Below are positions 1-14,323 of a stretch of DNA of 64,000 nt, piece by piece. The position numbers and the translations under genes were made by a program. The DNA comes from Octopus bimaculoides. Taxonomy: Eukaryota. Numbering within the stretch: position 1 is the stretch's first letter; every line of letters starts with the position of its first letter. The notes beneath the pieces are model-generated. The model ran no database searches, was not told the DNA's origin, and was given only the letters and a program-made list of their open reading frames with translations. The stretch lies in assembly GCF_001194135.2 (NCBI RefSeq), contig NC_068985.1:112510643-112574642 (forward strand), in the 5' to 3' direction.

Positions 1-474
1 GTGAGCCAACAAACACACAAACACACAGTACATATTACATCATAAAAGCACTGGTTGAGACAGTGATACATATAAAGTTATGGCAAGCTAAGTGAACTGG
101 CTTGCCTTTAGTATTAAAATGAGTCAACGCTTGTGTATATGTGTATGTTTGTACATGTGTGTGTGTTGTGTTGGTGTGGGTGCATGTATGCGAATGATGG
201 TTTCTTTGTCCAGACTAAATTAGACTAAAGTGATTTTGCTAAGAGATCTCCTGCGAAATGCTAATTAATTGCAATCTTATAAAGTGTGCAACCTCATAAA
301 GTATAGGGTTGTAGTTATCGTTGTTGGTGGTGGTGTTTTTGTTGTTGTGGTGCTGAGAATGTAAAGTATCAGACAGAAATATCTCATAGTATTTAGTTTC
401 CAATTCAAATGCCACGAAACCAGTAACAACTTTATATCCTTTATCCTTGATTCAACACCCAAGTTAATACATTA

Positions 475-975
475 AGAACCACATCCTTTCTTTCACGGTC
501 AAATTTACAAAAGAGGTATCATATTCTTTCGTCAACAGCCAAATTTATAAACAAGATATTACTGTCTTTCTTCTACAGTTAAATTTATAAAAGAGGTACC
601 ACAATTCTTTTGTCAACAGCCAGATTTATAAACAAGGTATCATAATCCTTCTTCTGTGGTTAAATTTATAAAAGAGGTACCATATTGATGCTTTCAGTGC
701 CAAATTTTAAAATAGATACCATATTCTTGCTTCCAGGGCTAAATTTATAAAAGAGGTACCATATTCTTGCTTTCAGGGTTAAATTTATAAAACAAGTACC
801 ACATTGTTGCTTTCAGTGCCAAATTTAAAAATAGATACCAAATTCTTGCTTTCAGTGCCAAATTTATAAAATAGGTACCACATTCTTGATTCCGGGGCTA
901 AATTTATAAAAGAGGTACCATATTCTTGCTTTCAGGGTTAAATTTATAAAACAAGTACCACATTCTTGCTTTCGT
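475..975 (+). repeat. 40-bp minisatellite, about 12 units
   Basis: AAATTTATAAAAGAGGTACCATATTCTTGCTTTCAGGGTT; the AAATTT anchor recurs at about 501, 541, 581 and so on to 941. Confidence 0.9.
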
Positions 976-1700
976 GTTTTGGAACCTCTCCAATTCCATT
1001 CAACTGATAACATAATCTCCCCCCAAATATCCCAACTTTATGTTCTCCCTTGTTATGGGTGACAAAGTGCTGGAAAAGGTTAAAAATGGTTAGAACATTG
1101 GTGAAAATGTCCAAGTGTGGAGACTAGGTTCTAATTTATACCAACAACTTTACTATCATTTGAACTCTTGACAACATGGTTCATAATCTGCAAAACAACA
1201 ACAGTTAATGTGGCAGTGGTGGTGATGGTTATAAGGAACGTGAGGACTTAGATGGCACTTTCTTTAGATGAAAACTGATACTTAGAGGCCACTTCTCAAT
1301 GGAAATGGATTGCTTCCTGTTTACCAATTTCTTTAAGGTTGAAGAGGGCCTGGAAAGTGGGATTAAATTGTGTAATTGACAACACACACACATAAACGAT
1401 TAAACTATAATCACACAACTACAAGACACACTAGCCCATACATATCCACACACACACACAAAATCAAACAACAGTGTATGAGGTGTTGAGCTCACACACT
1501 AGCCCATACATATATATATATACATAGATACACACACGCACACATACACAGTCAAACAGCTCACACACAAGCCCATACATAACACATACACACACACACA
1601 CACCTGGATTGCTACGCACAAATATATCAACCGCTATATACAGCAATCACTATGTTATTAGATTTCACTAAGTGCACATGAGAGAGAGAGAGAGAGAGAG

Positions 1701-1753
<53 letters not shown>

Positions 1754-2098
1754 ATACATGATAGTGGATATACATACATATTCATGTAAGTACCACATTG
1801 TGTAGGTTGTCATAAGGTGTGCTACAGTGCTGAACCAACTAATCTGACATAAGTAACCTCTCTAGAATAAACATACAAACTTGAGGTTATTTCTATTCAT
1901 AGTAAGTACAAGGTTGGCTGTGTGGTTAAGAAGTGCATTTCAAAACCATGTAGTAGTCTTTTGGGTTCAGTCCCACTGCCCAGCACTTTGGGCAAGTGTC
2001 CATCTTTGTCTATTATAGCTCCAGGATGACTAAAAACTTGTGAGGGAATTGGCCAGATAGAAACTGAAAGAAGCACATCATGTATGCGTGAGTGTATC

Positions 2099-2139
<41 letters not shown>

Positions 2140-2253
2140 ATCTTTGTGAGTTTCTTTACATTTGCACTCTGAACGTTGCAAAGTAGAAGCAATATTGTTG
2201 TCATATCGATTCTGCTATCCGAAAATAGGTAAGGATTGCTGACAAAAGGCCTC

Positions 2254-2298
<45 letters not shown>

Positions 2299-2741
2299 GT
2301 GTGTGTGTGTGTGCGTGTGTGTGTGTGCGTGTACACATGCTGGTTTATATTTGCACTCAATCGTCTTGCATGTGTTGAAAGTTCAAAGCTGTCTGAAATA
2401 AGAGTTCCGAAATAAGAGTTCCCTTACTTCAATCACAGGTAAGGGTTAGTGACAGGAAAGGTATCTAGCTGTAACACAACACCTAAAAAAAATATCTCAA
2501 TAATACATTCATTAAACCCATGATAGCAGGGGGGGGGGGATGAATGCAAGACAAACTAACGAATACAACTTTGACCTGACTTAATTTTCCTTTCTAAGTG
2601 TATATTATTAAATTTGAAAACAAGATTATATTCTAGCAAGACACTGAAAATTCAAAATTCTTAATAAAGATAATTTACCATTTTTTGGTGAGTATGTAAT
2701 GCTCATCCATAACATAACAAATATACACACCAAATTTATTT

Positions 2742-3455
2742 TTAACTCTTTTGTTATCATATCTCTTTTAAAATACACCACCCTTTATTGTTATTAAGCT
2801 AGTGTTTGGAACGAATGCAATATGGAATTTTTTATTGAAGGTTTTAATTTAGATCACTTTAACTCTTTAGTTACCATATTTCTCTTGAAAAACATTGCCT
2901 TTCTTTCAATTAATTTTTAAAATACTGAACAATTTAGTAAAATAACTGTCATTAAATCAACATGAAGTTTTGATGAGAGACTTTAATTTAGATAACTTTA
3001 ACACTCTTAGAAGCCATGTTTCTCTTGAAAATACACTGCTTTTTGTTTCAATTGATTTTCAAAAATAATCGAAGAATTTAAAGTAATAACGTTGGCATTA
3101 TGAAGCTAGTGCATGGAACAAATTAACATGAAATTTTGATGGAAGGTTTTAAAATCTAGAGCACTTTAAAATATGGCCAGTCTCAGGTGGTTTACGTTGA
3201 ACTATGTTGTAAAGCCAACCTCTTAACACTTTCATTATCATATTTCTGTTTGCAATATACTCCCTTTGTTTCAGTTAATTTTGGAAAATAATGGAAAATC
3301 TAAGATAATAATTTTGCCATTAGTAAGCTGTTGTTTGGAACATGAATTAAACATGAAATTTTGATAAAAGGTTTCACTTTAGATCATTTTAAATCAGGAA
3401 ACTTGTATCGTAAAACCTGAGGCAGTCTCAAGCAGGCTGGAATCAAAAGGGTTAA
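2742..3455 (+). mobile_element. Head-to-tail array of piggyBac-like MITE family A
   Basis: Four left ends start at TTAA (2742, 2859, 2998, 3223) and one right end reads ATCAAAAGGGTTAA (3455). Confidence 0.65.
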
Positions 3456-3596
3456 GACATACATCTGCATTAAACAGATGCGCCCTTCTGTATGTTTTCA
3501 TATACACAAATATGTGTGTATATATACATGTGTGTGTGTATATATAATAAAATTAACACACATATAGACATAAATGCATATATATATATATATCTA

Positions 3597-3818
3597 TATC
3601 TTTTAGTCTTTTACTTGTTTCAGTCATTTGACTGCAGCCATGCTGGAGCAATGCTTTTAATCGAGAAAATCAACCCCAGGACTTATTCTTTGTAAGCCTA
3701 GTACTTATTCTATTGGTCTCTTTTGATGAACCACTAAGTTACAGGCATGTAAACACATGAGCATCAGTTGTCAAGCGATGTTGGGAGGGAGGACAAACAC
3801 AGACACACAAACAAATAT

Positions 3819-3856
<38 letters not shown>

Positions 3857-4290
3857 ATATATATNNNNNNNNNNNNNNNNNNNNNNNNNNNNNNNNNNNN
3901 NNNNNNNNNNNNNNNNNNNNNNNNNNNNNNNNNNNNNNNNNNNNNNNNNNNNNNNNNNNNNNNNAATCCACTCACAAGGCTTTGGTCAGCCTGCAGCTAT
4001 AGTAGAAGACACTTACCCAAGGTGTCACGCAGTGGGACTGACACAGTACGACACAGAATGTGACAAAGCTGGTGTTTTGAATTACAGGTACTATTAATTT
4101 TTTCCACCTGCGTGGATTGGAGCAACGGAAAATGAAGTATCTTGCTGAAGGACACAATCAGCTGCCAGATTTTGAACCAAATACCCTAACCACTAAGCCG
4201 TGTGTCTATAAATACAAGATAAGCAGTGGGACATGCAGTGGGACTGAACCTGGAACCATGTTGCTGAGAAGCAAACTTCTTACCACACAG
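3597..4290 (-). mobile_element. SINE type 1 with a type 4 fragment nested in its head
   Basis: The tail starts at about 3600. GCAGTGGGACTGA is repeated on both sides of an insert of about 200 bp (about 4030 and 4235). Confidence 0.75.
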
Positions 4291-4314
4291 CCATGTCTGT
4301 GCCTTTTGTGTAGT

Positions 4315-4540
4315 TAAGAATATGGTATCTATTTTATAAATTTGGTTATGGAAGAAAGAATATGATACTCTATTTATAAAATTGGCAATGTAAGAAAGAA
4401 TATGGTAACTCTGTAACAAATTTGGTCAGAGAAAGAATAATAAAGTATGCATTTTATAAATTTAGCCATGAAAGCAAGAATATAGAACTTGTTCTATAAA
4501 TGTGGCTTTGGGTGAAATAATATGGCATAAATTTTATAAG
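4315..4540 (-). repeat. Same 40-bp minisatellite, inverted, about 6 diverged units
   Basis: Units like AAGAATATGGTATCTATTTTATAAATTT recur with 40-bp period and are the reverse complement of the 475-975 unit. Confidence 0.75.
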
Positions 4541-5022
4541 TAGTCACAAAAAGAAAAAAAAAAACCAAAGGAAAACAGTTATGACACTTAGGACACCAAT
4601 ATATGAATTATAACGAGCTTGGTAAAGTTGACCATATTTTAACATGCAGTTCACGTGGAGTTGGAAAAAACGGCCATGACATATTGTAAAGGCAATTTTT
4701 CAAACACAAAAGAGTTAAAGACAAGAATATTTCAATGAATATTTAGTGAGTTTAGTAAAAGTAAAAAAAAAACCCAGATCAGATGAGAGACAATGTTAGT
4801 TTAGAAAGAGACAAACCAAGATGCAGAAGAACTCTCAGTATTTGGTGAATTCTGGAAGATTCCATAGGTATAGCTGTGGGATTATAAATTTCATTTTGTA
4901 ACCACATGGTTTCAGGTTCAGTCCTATTCCATGGCACCTTGGGCAAGGGTCTACTACAGCTTTAAGCCAATCAATGCTTTATGAGTGAATAGGCAGAAAC
5001 TGTGTGGAAGCCCATCAGCTTG

Positions 5023-5060
<38 letters not shown>

Positions 5061-6657
5061 CAAGCTAAGTAAAATCTCTATCTTCCATACACACAGGCTA
5101 GTCCTTTCAGATGCCAGTACCACATAAAAAGCACCCAGCACACTCTTAAGTGGTTGGCATTAGGAAGGGCATCCAGCCATAGAAACCGTGTCACAACAGA
5201 CAGTTGGAGTCTGGCCAGCTGCAAGTCAAATCATCCAACACACGCCATCATGGAAAGCAGATATATATATACAGTACCATCTGACTGGCTCCTGAGTTGA
5301 TGGCACATAAAAAGCACCCACTACACTCTTAGAGTGGTTGGCATTAGAAAAGGCATCCAGTTGTAGAAACCTTGCCAAATCAGACTGGAGCCTGGTGCAG
5401 CCTCCTGGCTTGCCAGTTCTCAGTCAAACCATCCAACCCATGTCAGCATAGAAAGCGGACATTAAACAACAATGATGATGATAATGATACACACATTCAT
5501 GTACATACATAAGTATACATATGTCTTTGTGGTTGGTCCCCCAGCATAACTTGACAGATGGTATTGGTTTGCTTACATGCCCGTAAGTTGGCAGTTTGAC
5601 AAAAGAAACTTGACTTTAAAAAAAAAAAATTAGTGTTGGCATTGATTTGTTTGACTAAGAACTAAGGTGGTGCCACAGCATGGTCGCAATCCAATGACTA
5701 AGACAAAAGTAAAAGACAAAAGATAAAAGAATACTAACTAAAAAACAAAAAAACGAAAAATGATAAATAAATAAATAAAAATGGAATTTCTGAGAAATTC
5801 TTCTTGTCAGAATTATATTTCTGGTTTTAATCCACCCCCACGTACCCACCCACCACTTGCTCCTGTCTATTCAATCTATTCAAACCAATCAACTTCCATT
5901 GTTAAGCAAAAATATCTCTGCTTTCGTTTGTAGCATTAATAATGCTATAATTGTAGTTTAGTTTTTGTACTTCCTATCTGCATTCTTCCTCTTTGGTTAG
6001 AGTTAAATATATCTGCTGATGCACTTTCACCATGCACCTTACTGCACTCACACCGGCATACTCCCCAACCCCACCACAACCACCATCAACACTGACACTA
6101 CACTAACACAACCTTCAAACACTGCAGAAACAACAGTAACTCCAAAAACAATTTCACCTTCGCTGATTGATACATTGTAATGTGGTCGACCCATTTATAC
6201 CTCTCAACTTCAGTCGTTTCGAGTTATGTGCTTTTCAACTTTTATTTTTATTGGTTCTAATGAAATAAATGCGAAAAATAAACCTCAGCTTCAGTCAATC
6301 TATTCTGCTTTAAGTCAGTCTCAGCAAATATATTTAAAAGCATAAAAACTTTTACTCTAACAAAAAAAAAAACAAAAAAAAATCAGAATCATTACACGAC
6401 CAGGCTTTTGACATAAAAACTTTTCCCCCAGGGCACTGCTTTTCCATTTTGTCCATTGAGGCCACAAAGCAGACTGACAAGCCTTTTTAGATATTACTCT
6501 TTCCCCTCTTTTACTTGTTTCAGTCATTTGACTGTGGCCATGCTGGAGCACCACCTTTAGTCGAGCAAATCGACCCCAAGACTGAAGATTAAAGTAGCAA
6601 TTACACTAGTTAATGACTTTAGATGATGGAAGGAACAAGAGAGAGAAATGAGTGAGT

Positions 6658-6716
<59 letters not shown>

Positions 6717-7252
6717 TGTGTGAAAAACCTAGAAACACAAGCTGAAGAGAGGCTTCTGAGAAGTAGCTTGACTAGGTGAGCCTCTGAGACAAACTCTCAA
6801 TAAATGTTCAAGAATGATATGAGTGGACCCCTAAAAAGTGACCACACAAAGAGGATCACACAGAAATCTTAAGAAACATTTATCAAAAGTAGAACATCTG
6901 GTTTATGTTTATATAAAGTCCATTGCATGATTTTTTTTGTTAGTTTTATTAATTAAATAAAGGCGAGCAGAAAAAAAAACAACAGCAAAAAAACCCGGCA
7001 TCAATATAGAAAGGTTTCAAAAAAGTAACCAAAGTAAAAATAAATAAATGAAAACAAAAAAAAAAAAGGGTGAGAGATTTATAGTATAAAAATTTAGAAA
7101 CTTCCAGTGAACTTGAAATAATTTGTTTTAACTACAGAACTCAAAATAGATTATGCTATAATAATAGTATGTAAATACTGGTTTAAAAAATTTGTAAGTT
7201 ACCTTCTGTATAAAAGGGATTTTAGTGCACTATTAACATACTATTATTTATA

Positions 7253-7684
7253 GGCGCAGGAGAGGCTGTGTGGTAAGTAGCTTGCTTACCAACCACATGG
7301 TTCTGGGTTCATTCCCACTGCATGGCACCTTGGGCAAGTGTCTTCTACTATAGCCTCGGGCCGACNNNNNNNNNNGGCACCTTGGGCAAGTGTCTTCTAC
7401 TATAGCCTCGGGCCGACCAAAGCCTTGTGAGTGGATTTGGTAGACAGAAAACTGAAAGAAGCCCATCGTATATATGTATATATATGTGTGTGTGAATATG
7501 TTTGTGTGTCTGTGTTTGTCCCCCCCCCAACATCGCTTGTGTTTACATCCCCGTTACTTAGCAGTTCGGCAAAAGAACCGATAGAATAAGTACTAGGCTT
7601 CCAAAGAATAAGTCCTGGAGTCGATTTGCTCGACTAAAGGCGGTGCTCCAGCATGGCCACAGTCAAATGTTAAAGAGTAAAGAA
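7253..7684 (+). mobile_element. SINE type 1
   Basis: Same modules as 9946. A segment of about 42 bp is duplicated across the 10-N gap. Confidence 0.85.
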
Positions 7685-8877
7685 TTTTGTCTACCTTGTA
7701 CTCTAGAGTTAAAAACAGATTATTTTCAAGATGAGACATATTTAGCTCTGCAGCATTTAGACCAGCCATATCTTGCCAAAATATTCTACCTCTTTTATAG
7801 TCAAACTGACCTGATCCTACCTCTCACATGTACCATACAATGTCATTTTAAAAATAAACAATCACAACACCAAAACGTTGAAGCTGCAAGAATGCATGAT
7901 TAATCAATTCAAAAACAATGTAAATATATAAGCATTACATTTAACAGAATAATTCGAATTGTTAAAGGGTTATGTATTGATGGCAAAGTTAGTTGTTAGG
8001 CAAATAATAAGCTATAAAGGATGTGTGTGATACAAAGGTCACACGTGTGAGTATATATATGTATATATATTGGCTTCATCAATGCCACAACAAACTTTAC
8101 CTAAGGATTTCCTCTCCAAAGTCCGCATTTTGTTGCCATCTGCAGTTATAAGAAATCAACAATAATTAAAAAAAAAAAAACAGGGTTTCAAAGAATTTGG
8201 GGCAATTTTGAATTAGTACGAGGTGATTACCAAAATGTATGACTGAAGGAACCTCTTCAGATTAATGCCAACCTAATACAAAAATGTTAACAAAAATGTG
8301 GGAGTAATAATTTAATCTTTTTTTTAAAAAAAAAATAGGGAACAAGGAGTTGGGAATGAGTATGTGGGATCTGCTTAAGCCTTTAAAACTAATTTTATAT
8401 TCAAAATATAAAAACTAATTTTATATTCAAAACCCCCACAGTATCAATGTGATCATAGCATAATTTTAATCACAACCAAAAGTTTGATATTGCATAAATG
8501 ATGACAAGCCTAGAATTTATTCCAATGTTTCACCGATCTACAATACCTTTGGCAGACATAGAACATCACTAGTTTCCCTGGATACAACTGTTTTTTTTTT
8601 TTCAACAGAAAAGTAAATATGACCATAAAGACTTGACCAATTTAGGAGATGAGTGTCTGACAAATCTGCTCCGTTGTACAGTTGATTGAAAAGAGGATAC
8701 AAGAGACGGCTCTCAGGTTTATTTAGATAATGCTGTACACTTTTAAAACAAGGCCATACTGGATGATGTAGCCTTAGACTTAAAAACAGAAGTTGACAAA
8801 CTGGAAGAATTGGATAGAATATCCTGCCCTATTCTTTAAAAATAAGCAAATCATAGTTTAATAATTGTGTCATAATG

Positions 8878-9527
8878 CTGGTTTCAAATTTTGATACAAG
8901 GCCAACAATATTAGGGGATGGGTGCTAGTCAATTACATCAACCCCAAATGTTCAACTGGTACTTATTTTATTGGTCCCAACAGCATGAAAGGCAAAGTCG
9001 ACCTTGGCAGAATTTGAACTCAGAACATAAATGTAGATGAAATACCACAAAACATTTTTCCCAGCATGCTAACAATTGTGCCAGCTTACCAACTTTCACT
9101 GCGTTAATATTAAAAAATACTGATTTCAAATTTTGGCACAAGGCCAGCAATTTCATGGGTGGGTGCTAGTTGATTACATCAACCCCAGCGCTTAACTGGT
9201 ACTTATTTTGTTGACCCCAAAAGGATGAAAGGCAAAGTTGACCTCGGCAGAATTTGAACTCAGAACATAAAGGCAGACGAAATGCCGCTAAGCATTTTGC
9301 CAGCTTGCTGCCTTTATTGTGTTAGAATATTCGCTTTAAATTTTGGCACAAGGTCAGCAATGTTGGCTGGAGTGGGGTAGTCAATTTAATTGACCTCAGT
9401 GCTCAACTGGTATTTATTTTATCAACCCCAAACGGATGAAAGACAGTAGAATTTGATCTGAGAACATAAAGACAAACGAAATGCCACAAAGAATTTTGTC
9501 CAACATGCTAATGATTCTGCCAGCTTT
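8878..9527 (-). mobile_element. Three head-to-tail SINE type 2 units
   Basis: Units at about 8878-9092, 9120-9313 and 9335-9527, each with the tail GGCCTTGTGCCAAAATTTGAAA. Confidence 0.8.
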
Positions 9528-9711
9528 GACATCTTGCAATACAATATTTATGCTTTATTAACAGAAAGTCAGGTTGTCATGAAATTCCACTAATACCATT
9601 TTCTATGCTTTTTCCTTTTGTAATAATATTTGAGAGTTATAGCAACAAAATCTTATTTGTAAATGGAAACTTGAATTTACTTAATCATCCTATAGCATTT
9701 AAACCGGCCAT

Positions 9712-9808
9712 ATCCAGCCTAAAAATCCTACCTGCTTTTTGTACAAACTGGCCAGATCCAGCCTAAAAATCCTACCTGCTTTTTGTACAAACTGGCCAGA
9801 TCCAGCCT
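9712..9808 (+). repeat. Perfect 44-bp tandem duplication
   Basis: ATCCAGCCTAAAAATCCTACCTGCTTTTTGTACAAACTGGCCAG at 9712-9755 and 9756-9799, then ATCCAGCCT. Confidence 0.9.
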
Positions 9809-9945
9809 CTCACACTAACTCTACGAAATCATTCTAATAATAAATAATCATGTCATCAAAATCTTGTAGCTTTGAGATAACAGGAGATAAATCCAGTCCT
9901 GCCCAAATACAATTGTAAATACCGAAAGATTTACAACAACTTATA

Positions 9946-10349
9946 GGCATAGGAGTGGCTGTGTGGTAAGTAGCTTGCTTACAAACTACATGGTTCCGGG
10001 TTCAGTCCCACTGTGTGGCACCTTGGGCAAGTGTCTTCTACTATAGCTTCGGGCTGACCAAAGCCTTGTGAGTGGATTTGGTAGACGGAAACAGAAAGAA
10101 GCCTCTGTATATATGTATATGTATATATATATGTGTGTGTCTGTGTTTGTCCCCCCCCCCAACTTCGCTTGACAACCGATGCTGGTGTGTTTACATTCCC
10201 GTAACTTAGCAGTTCAGCTAAAGAAACCGGTAGAATAAGTACTAGGCTTACAAAGAATAAGTCCTGGGGTCGATTTGTTTGACTAAAGGTGGTGCTCCAG
10301 CATGGCCACAGTCAAAATGACTGAAACAAGTAAAATAGTAAAAGAGTAA
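9946..10349 (+). mobile_element. tRNA-headed SINE type 1 (about 400 bp), full length
   Basis: A box TGGCTGTGTGGT, B box GGTTCAGTCCC, GGCACCTTGGGCAAGTGTCTT, internal (TA)/(TG) tract and an (AAAAGAGT)n tail. Confidence 0.9.
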
Positions 10350-11507
10350 CTCTTGAAGTGGCAATTGGTTCTCTTTGTTTTGTTATTTACTCGTGTGGTT
10401 TCAGCAAGTAATGATTCTGACTTGGAAGGGTTTACATTTCAAGTTTTACAAAATGTAGGAGAAACAAATGAGAAACCACAGATATAAATGTTTCTGAAAT
10501 ATTTGTCAAATGAGGAAGAGTATTTTTCATAGCAAAAGTGAAGATCTTCAGAATATCATTCAAAATACTATACTGATACAGTCAAACAATACAAGACATA
10601 TACATTATTTTATTGGAAATATATAACTGAAAATCATTGGTATTTAAACACCCAATGAGAAAATTTCAAGTTTACATGTAAAAAAACAAAATTTTAAGTC
10701 AGAAATAAATATTTGTTGATGACCCTCTTGACCAACTTCTTACCACACAGCCATGCCAGCAACAGAATATTCTAAATACTAGAGGGCTAACAATTCCATT
10801 CACACCTTTATAGGAATGTCACACTGACATCAGTACCTGACTAAGCACTTTATGTTATCAACGTGGTGGGATTTGAACTTATTGAGAGTAACTTTGCTTT
10901 TGTCTTTTTGGTATCAATAAAATACCAGAAGGTGAGCTGGCAGAAATGTCAGCACAATGGGTACATTGCTTAGCAGTATTTCATCTGCCTTTATGTTCTG
11001 AGTCCAAATTCCGCCAAGGTCGACTTTGCCTTTCATCTTTCTGAGGTCGATAAATTAAATACCAGTTGCATACTGGGATCAATCTAATCGACTGTCCCAC
11101 CAAACATTTCGGGCCTTGTGCCTAGAGTAGAAAAGAATAAAATACCAAACCACTCCTAGGGTTCAATTCATCTATGTATTTTCCCTCTTTTTCAGGTTTG
11201 CACCTGTATTCAAAGACGCAATCCAGAGAAAGGTGTACTTCAAAGACCCAGCCTTGTTACACTGTATCACATTAATTCACCTCGAAATTGCATTAATTCT
11301 TAACTTCCTGTTAGACACAGTACCATGCAGAAATGCATTAGTCAGCCAATCTTGAAATGCATGATATCACAAGAATTGTACTAATGTTGTTTACATTTAT
11401 TGTGGAAAAAAAGAGAACTAGTCTGTAACGTAATGGAGAGAAAACTTTAATCCTTTCATCTATCACTGACTTTTGTTCTGCAACAGAATGAAAAATTTTC
11501 AACAAGT

Positions 11508-11669
11508 GTAGGAGTGTGGTAAGTAGCTTGCTTACGAACTGCATGGTTTCGGGTTCAGTCCCACTGCGTGGCACCTTGGGCAAGTGTCTTCTACTATAAC
11601 CTCGGGCCGACCAAAGCCTTGTGAGAGGATTTGGTAGATGGAAACTGAAAGAAGCCTGTCGTATATTTG

Positions 11670-11700
<31 letters not shown>

Positions 11701-11922
11701 ATATGTTTGTGTGTCTGTGTTTGTCCCCTCCAACATCGCTTGACAACCAATGCTGGTGTGTTTACGTACCCATAACTTAGTGGTTCGGTAAAAGAGACGG
11801 ATAGAATATAAGTACTAGGCTTACAAAGAATAAGTCCTGGGGTCGATTAGCTCGACTAAAGGCGGTGCTCCAGCATGGCCAAAGTCAAATGACTGAAACA
11901 AGTAAAAGAGTAAAAAGAGTAA
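11508..11922 (+). mobile_element. SINE type 1, full length
   Basis: Colinear with 9946-10349. Confidence 0.9.
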
Positions 11923-12540
11923 CAGGAAGTTAAGAATTAAAGGTCTACATGTGTATTGAGGACTCAGCTACTCAAAAATTAATTTCCTAAGTAGGAATTC
12001 ATTTATCTAAAATAATTGAACATCCATCACCAAAACTGATGGGGAATCGACACAAAATAATAATAAAAAAAAAAATAAAAAAAAAAAGAGGCCAGCAACG
12101 ACTACTAAAATGCCTTTGTTTTTAACTCCAGGTGACATCAGGTCACTGAATAGACCTCTGATCAAAGACATCCCAGCCATGACCATAACCTATGACTAGT
12201 GTCCGATGTGTGTGTCATTTTTTTTGTGAAAATGACAGGTACTATTTCTGTTAGGTCAAGTGACTACATAGAAGCTGTTTCATTGGCCAAAGCTGAAAAG
12301 CCTTTGATCACAGATTTTCTCAATAATGGCTAACAACATTACATTTCACTAGTTCCCAACCTCTCACAATTTCTGTATCTATTTCTCTCTAACTATCTAT
12401 CAATTTCTCTCTCTCTCTCTCTTTATATATATATATATATATATATAGCTATAAATCTCTTTCTGTCTATCTATTATACACAATCTTCCTTACTATGTTT
12501 CTCTTTCACTGTATTACTCACTTCATTATCTGTGTACCAT

Positions 12541-12581
<41 letters not shown>

Positions 12582-13552
12582 GTCTCTGTATGAAATCAAC
12601 GTCTCTCTTTCTCCCTCATTAACTATCACTCTTTCTCTGAGCCTAATATATATATATATATATATATATACACATTTCACTCTTTCTCTCTATGACATTA
12701 ACTATCTCTCTTTCTCTGAGCCTAACATACACATCTCCCACCCTCCCCACTTATTTATCTATATACCATAAAGTCTATCTCTCACGGAGTCTAACATACC
12801 TCTTCTCTCTCTCTCTGACATTCTCTCTTTCTCTGAGCCTAACACACACATCTCCCTCCCTCCCAACCTACCTATCAATCTATCTATATATCATAAAGTC
12901 TATCTCTCTTCAAGTCTAACATACAACTCTTCTCTCTATCTCTCTCTCCCCTCTTTCTTTCTATCTTTCATTATGTCCCACTTACCTCATTTCTCCCTCT
13001 CTCTCTCGACACCTCCCCATCTCCTACCACCACTACTACTACCACCACAACAGCTGACAGTTTATTAGTCCTACAATATCACTGATGTAAAAAGAAAAAG
13101 ACATAGCTGCTGAGGACACACTACACTGCATATCAGTTATTTCACGCTCTGGAACACACACAGCTGTGGCTGAAAGCTCACTATTACACATACTATATAT
13201 TCTACAGCTTCTGATACCACCACCACCACCACTACTACTACTATTACTACTACTACACATACTTATATACTATAAACACTGCTGCTAATACTACACACAC
13301 ACAGATACACTATAGCTACTGCTATTACTACATGATAACTATGGCTGCTACTACTACTATTGCTACTACACACACAGTTACTATAGCTGTTGTTACTGCT
13401 GCTACTGCTACTACTACTACTACAAATATACACTATGGCTGCTTCCACAACTATTTCATGTATATATTTATTCATACTATAGCAGCTACACACATATACA
13501 CACACATACATACATATCTATACACACATATACATAGATATATATATATATT

Positions 13553-13620
<68 letters not shown>

Positions 13621-13751
13621 TGCGCGCGTGTAGATCATATATATATATATATATACACACACACATTATAGCTTACAGGTAGTAGCTATAATGTGTGTGT
13701 ATATATATCATGTACATGCACGCATGTGTATATATATGTGTGTGTGTATGA

Positions 13752-13789
<38 letters not shown>

Positions 13790-14323
13790 TCATACACACA
13801 CACATATATATATACATACACACATGCATGTACATCATATATATACACACACACACAATATAGCTACTACCTGTACTCTACAAACTGCTGAGGCAACAAA
13901 CCAAGAGAATCACTTAAGCGTGGGAATGGAATGCTATGCTGTATTTGTTCCGGCTCCATACATTCCGAGTTCAAATACCAACTGTTACCTTTTATCCATT
14001 CTTTCAAGGTTGATAAAATAGAGCACCAAACAACCTAGAGCAGCAGACTGACAGAATTGTTAAAACATGGGATGAAATGCCTCCTGGCATTTGTTCCAGC
14101 TTTTCACATTCTGAGTTAGTAAGTGGCAGCCTTAACTGCGAGTTCAAACCAGCAACCCTGCCTTGAGGACCTGACCTCACATCAAGATATCTTATCAAGC
14201 TACATCATCATCTTCTTTTAAAGTGTATCTTCCATGCTGGCATGGGTGGGACTGTTTGACAGAGTCCACAGGTTCAAGGCACTCCAATCTTTTATCTTTT
14301 CTCATTCGTTTTACTCATTAGAC

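Noticed and set aside
475-975. CRISPR-like regular repeat
   Set aside because: The units are contiguous with no unique spacers, the context is eukaryotic and there are no cas genes.
5931-5947. Palindrome TAGCATTA-A-TAATGCTA
   Set aside because: 8-bp arms are expected by chance in 64 kb of AT-rich DNA.
7324-7417. Direct repeat of about 42 bp around a 10-N gap
   Set aside because: Typical overlap artefact at a contig join.
8589-8840. Plus-strand acceptor and coding-looking stretch (KSKYDHKDLTNLGDE...)
   Set aside because: Interrupted by stops, no donor and no recognisable family.
11196-11350. Plus-strand acceptor followed by an open frame FAPVFKDAIQRK...
   Set aside because: Weak donor, no recognisable protein similarity and no partner exons.
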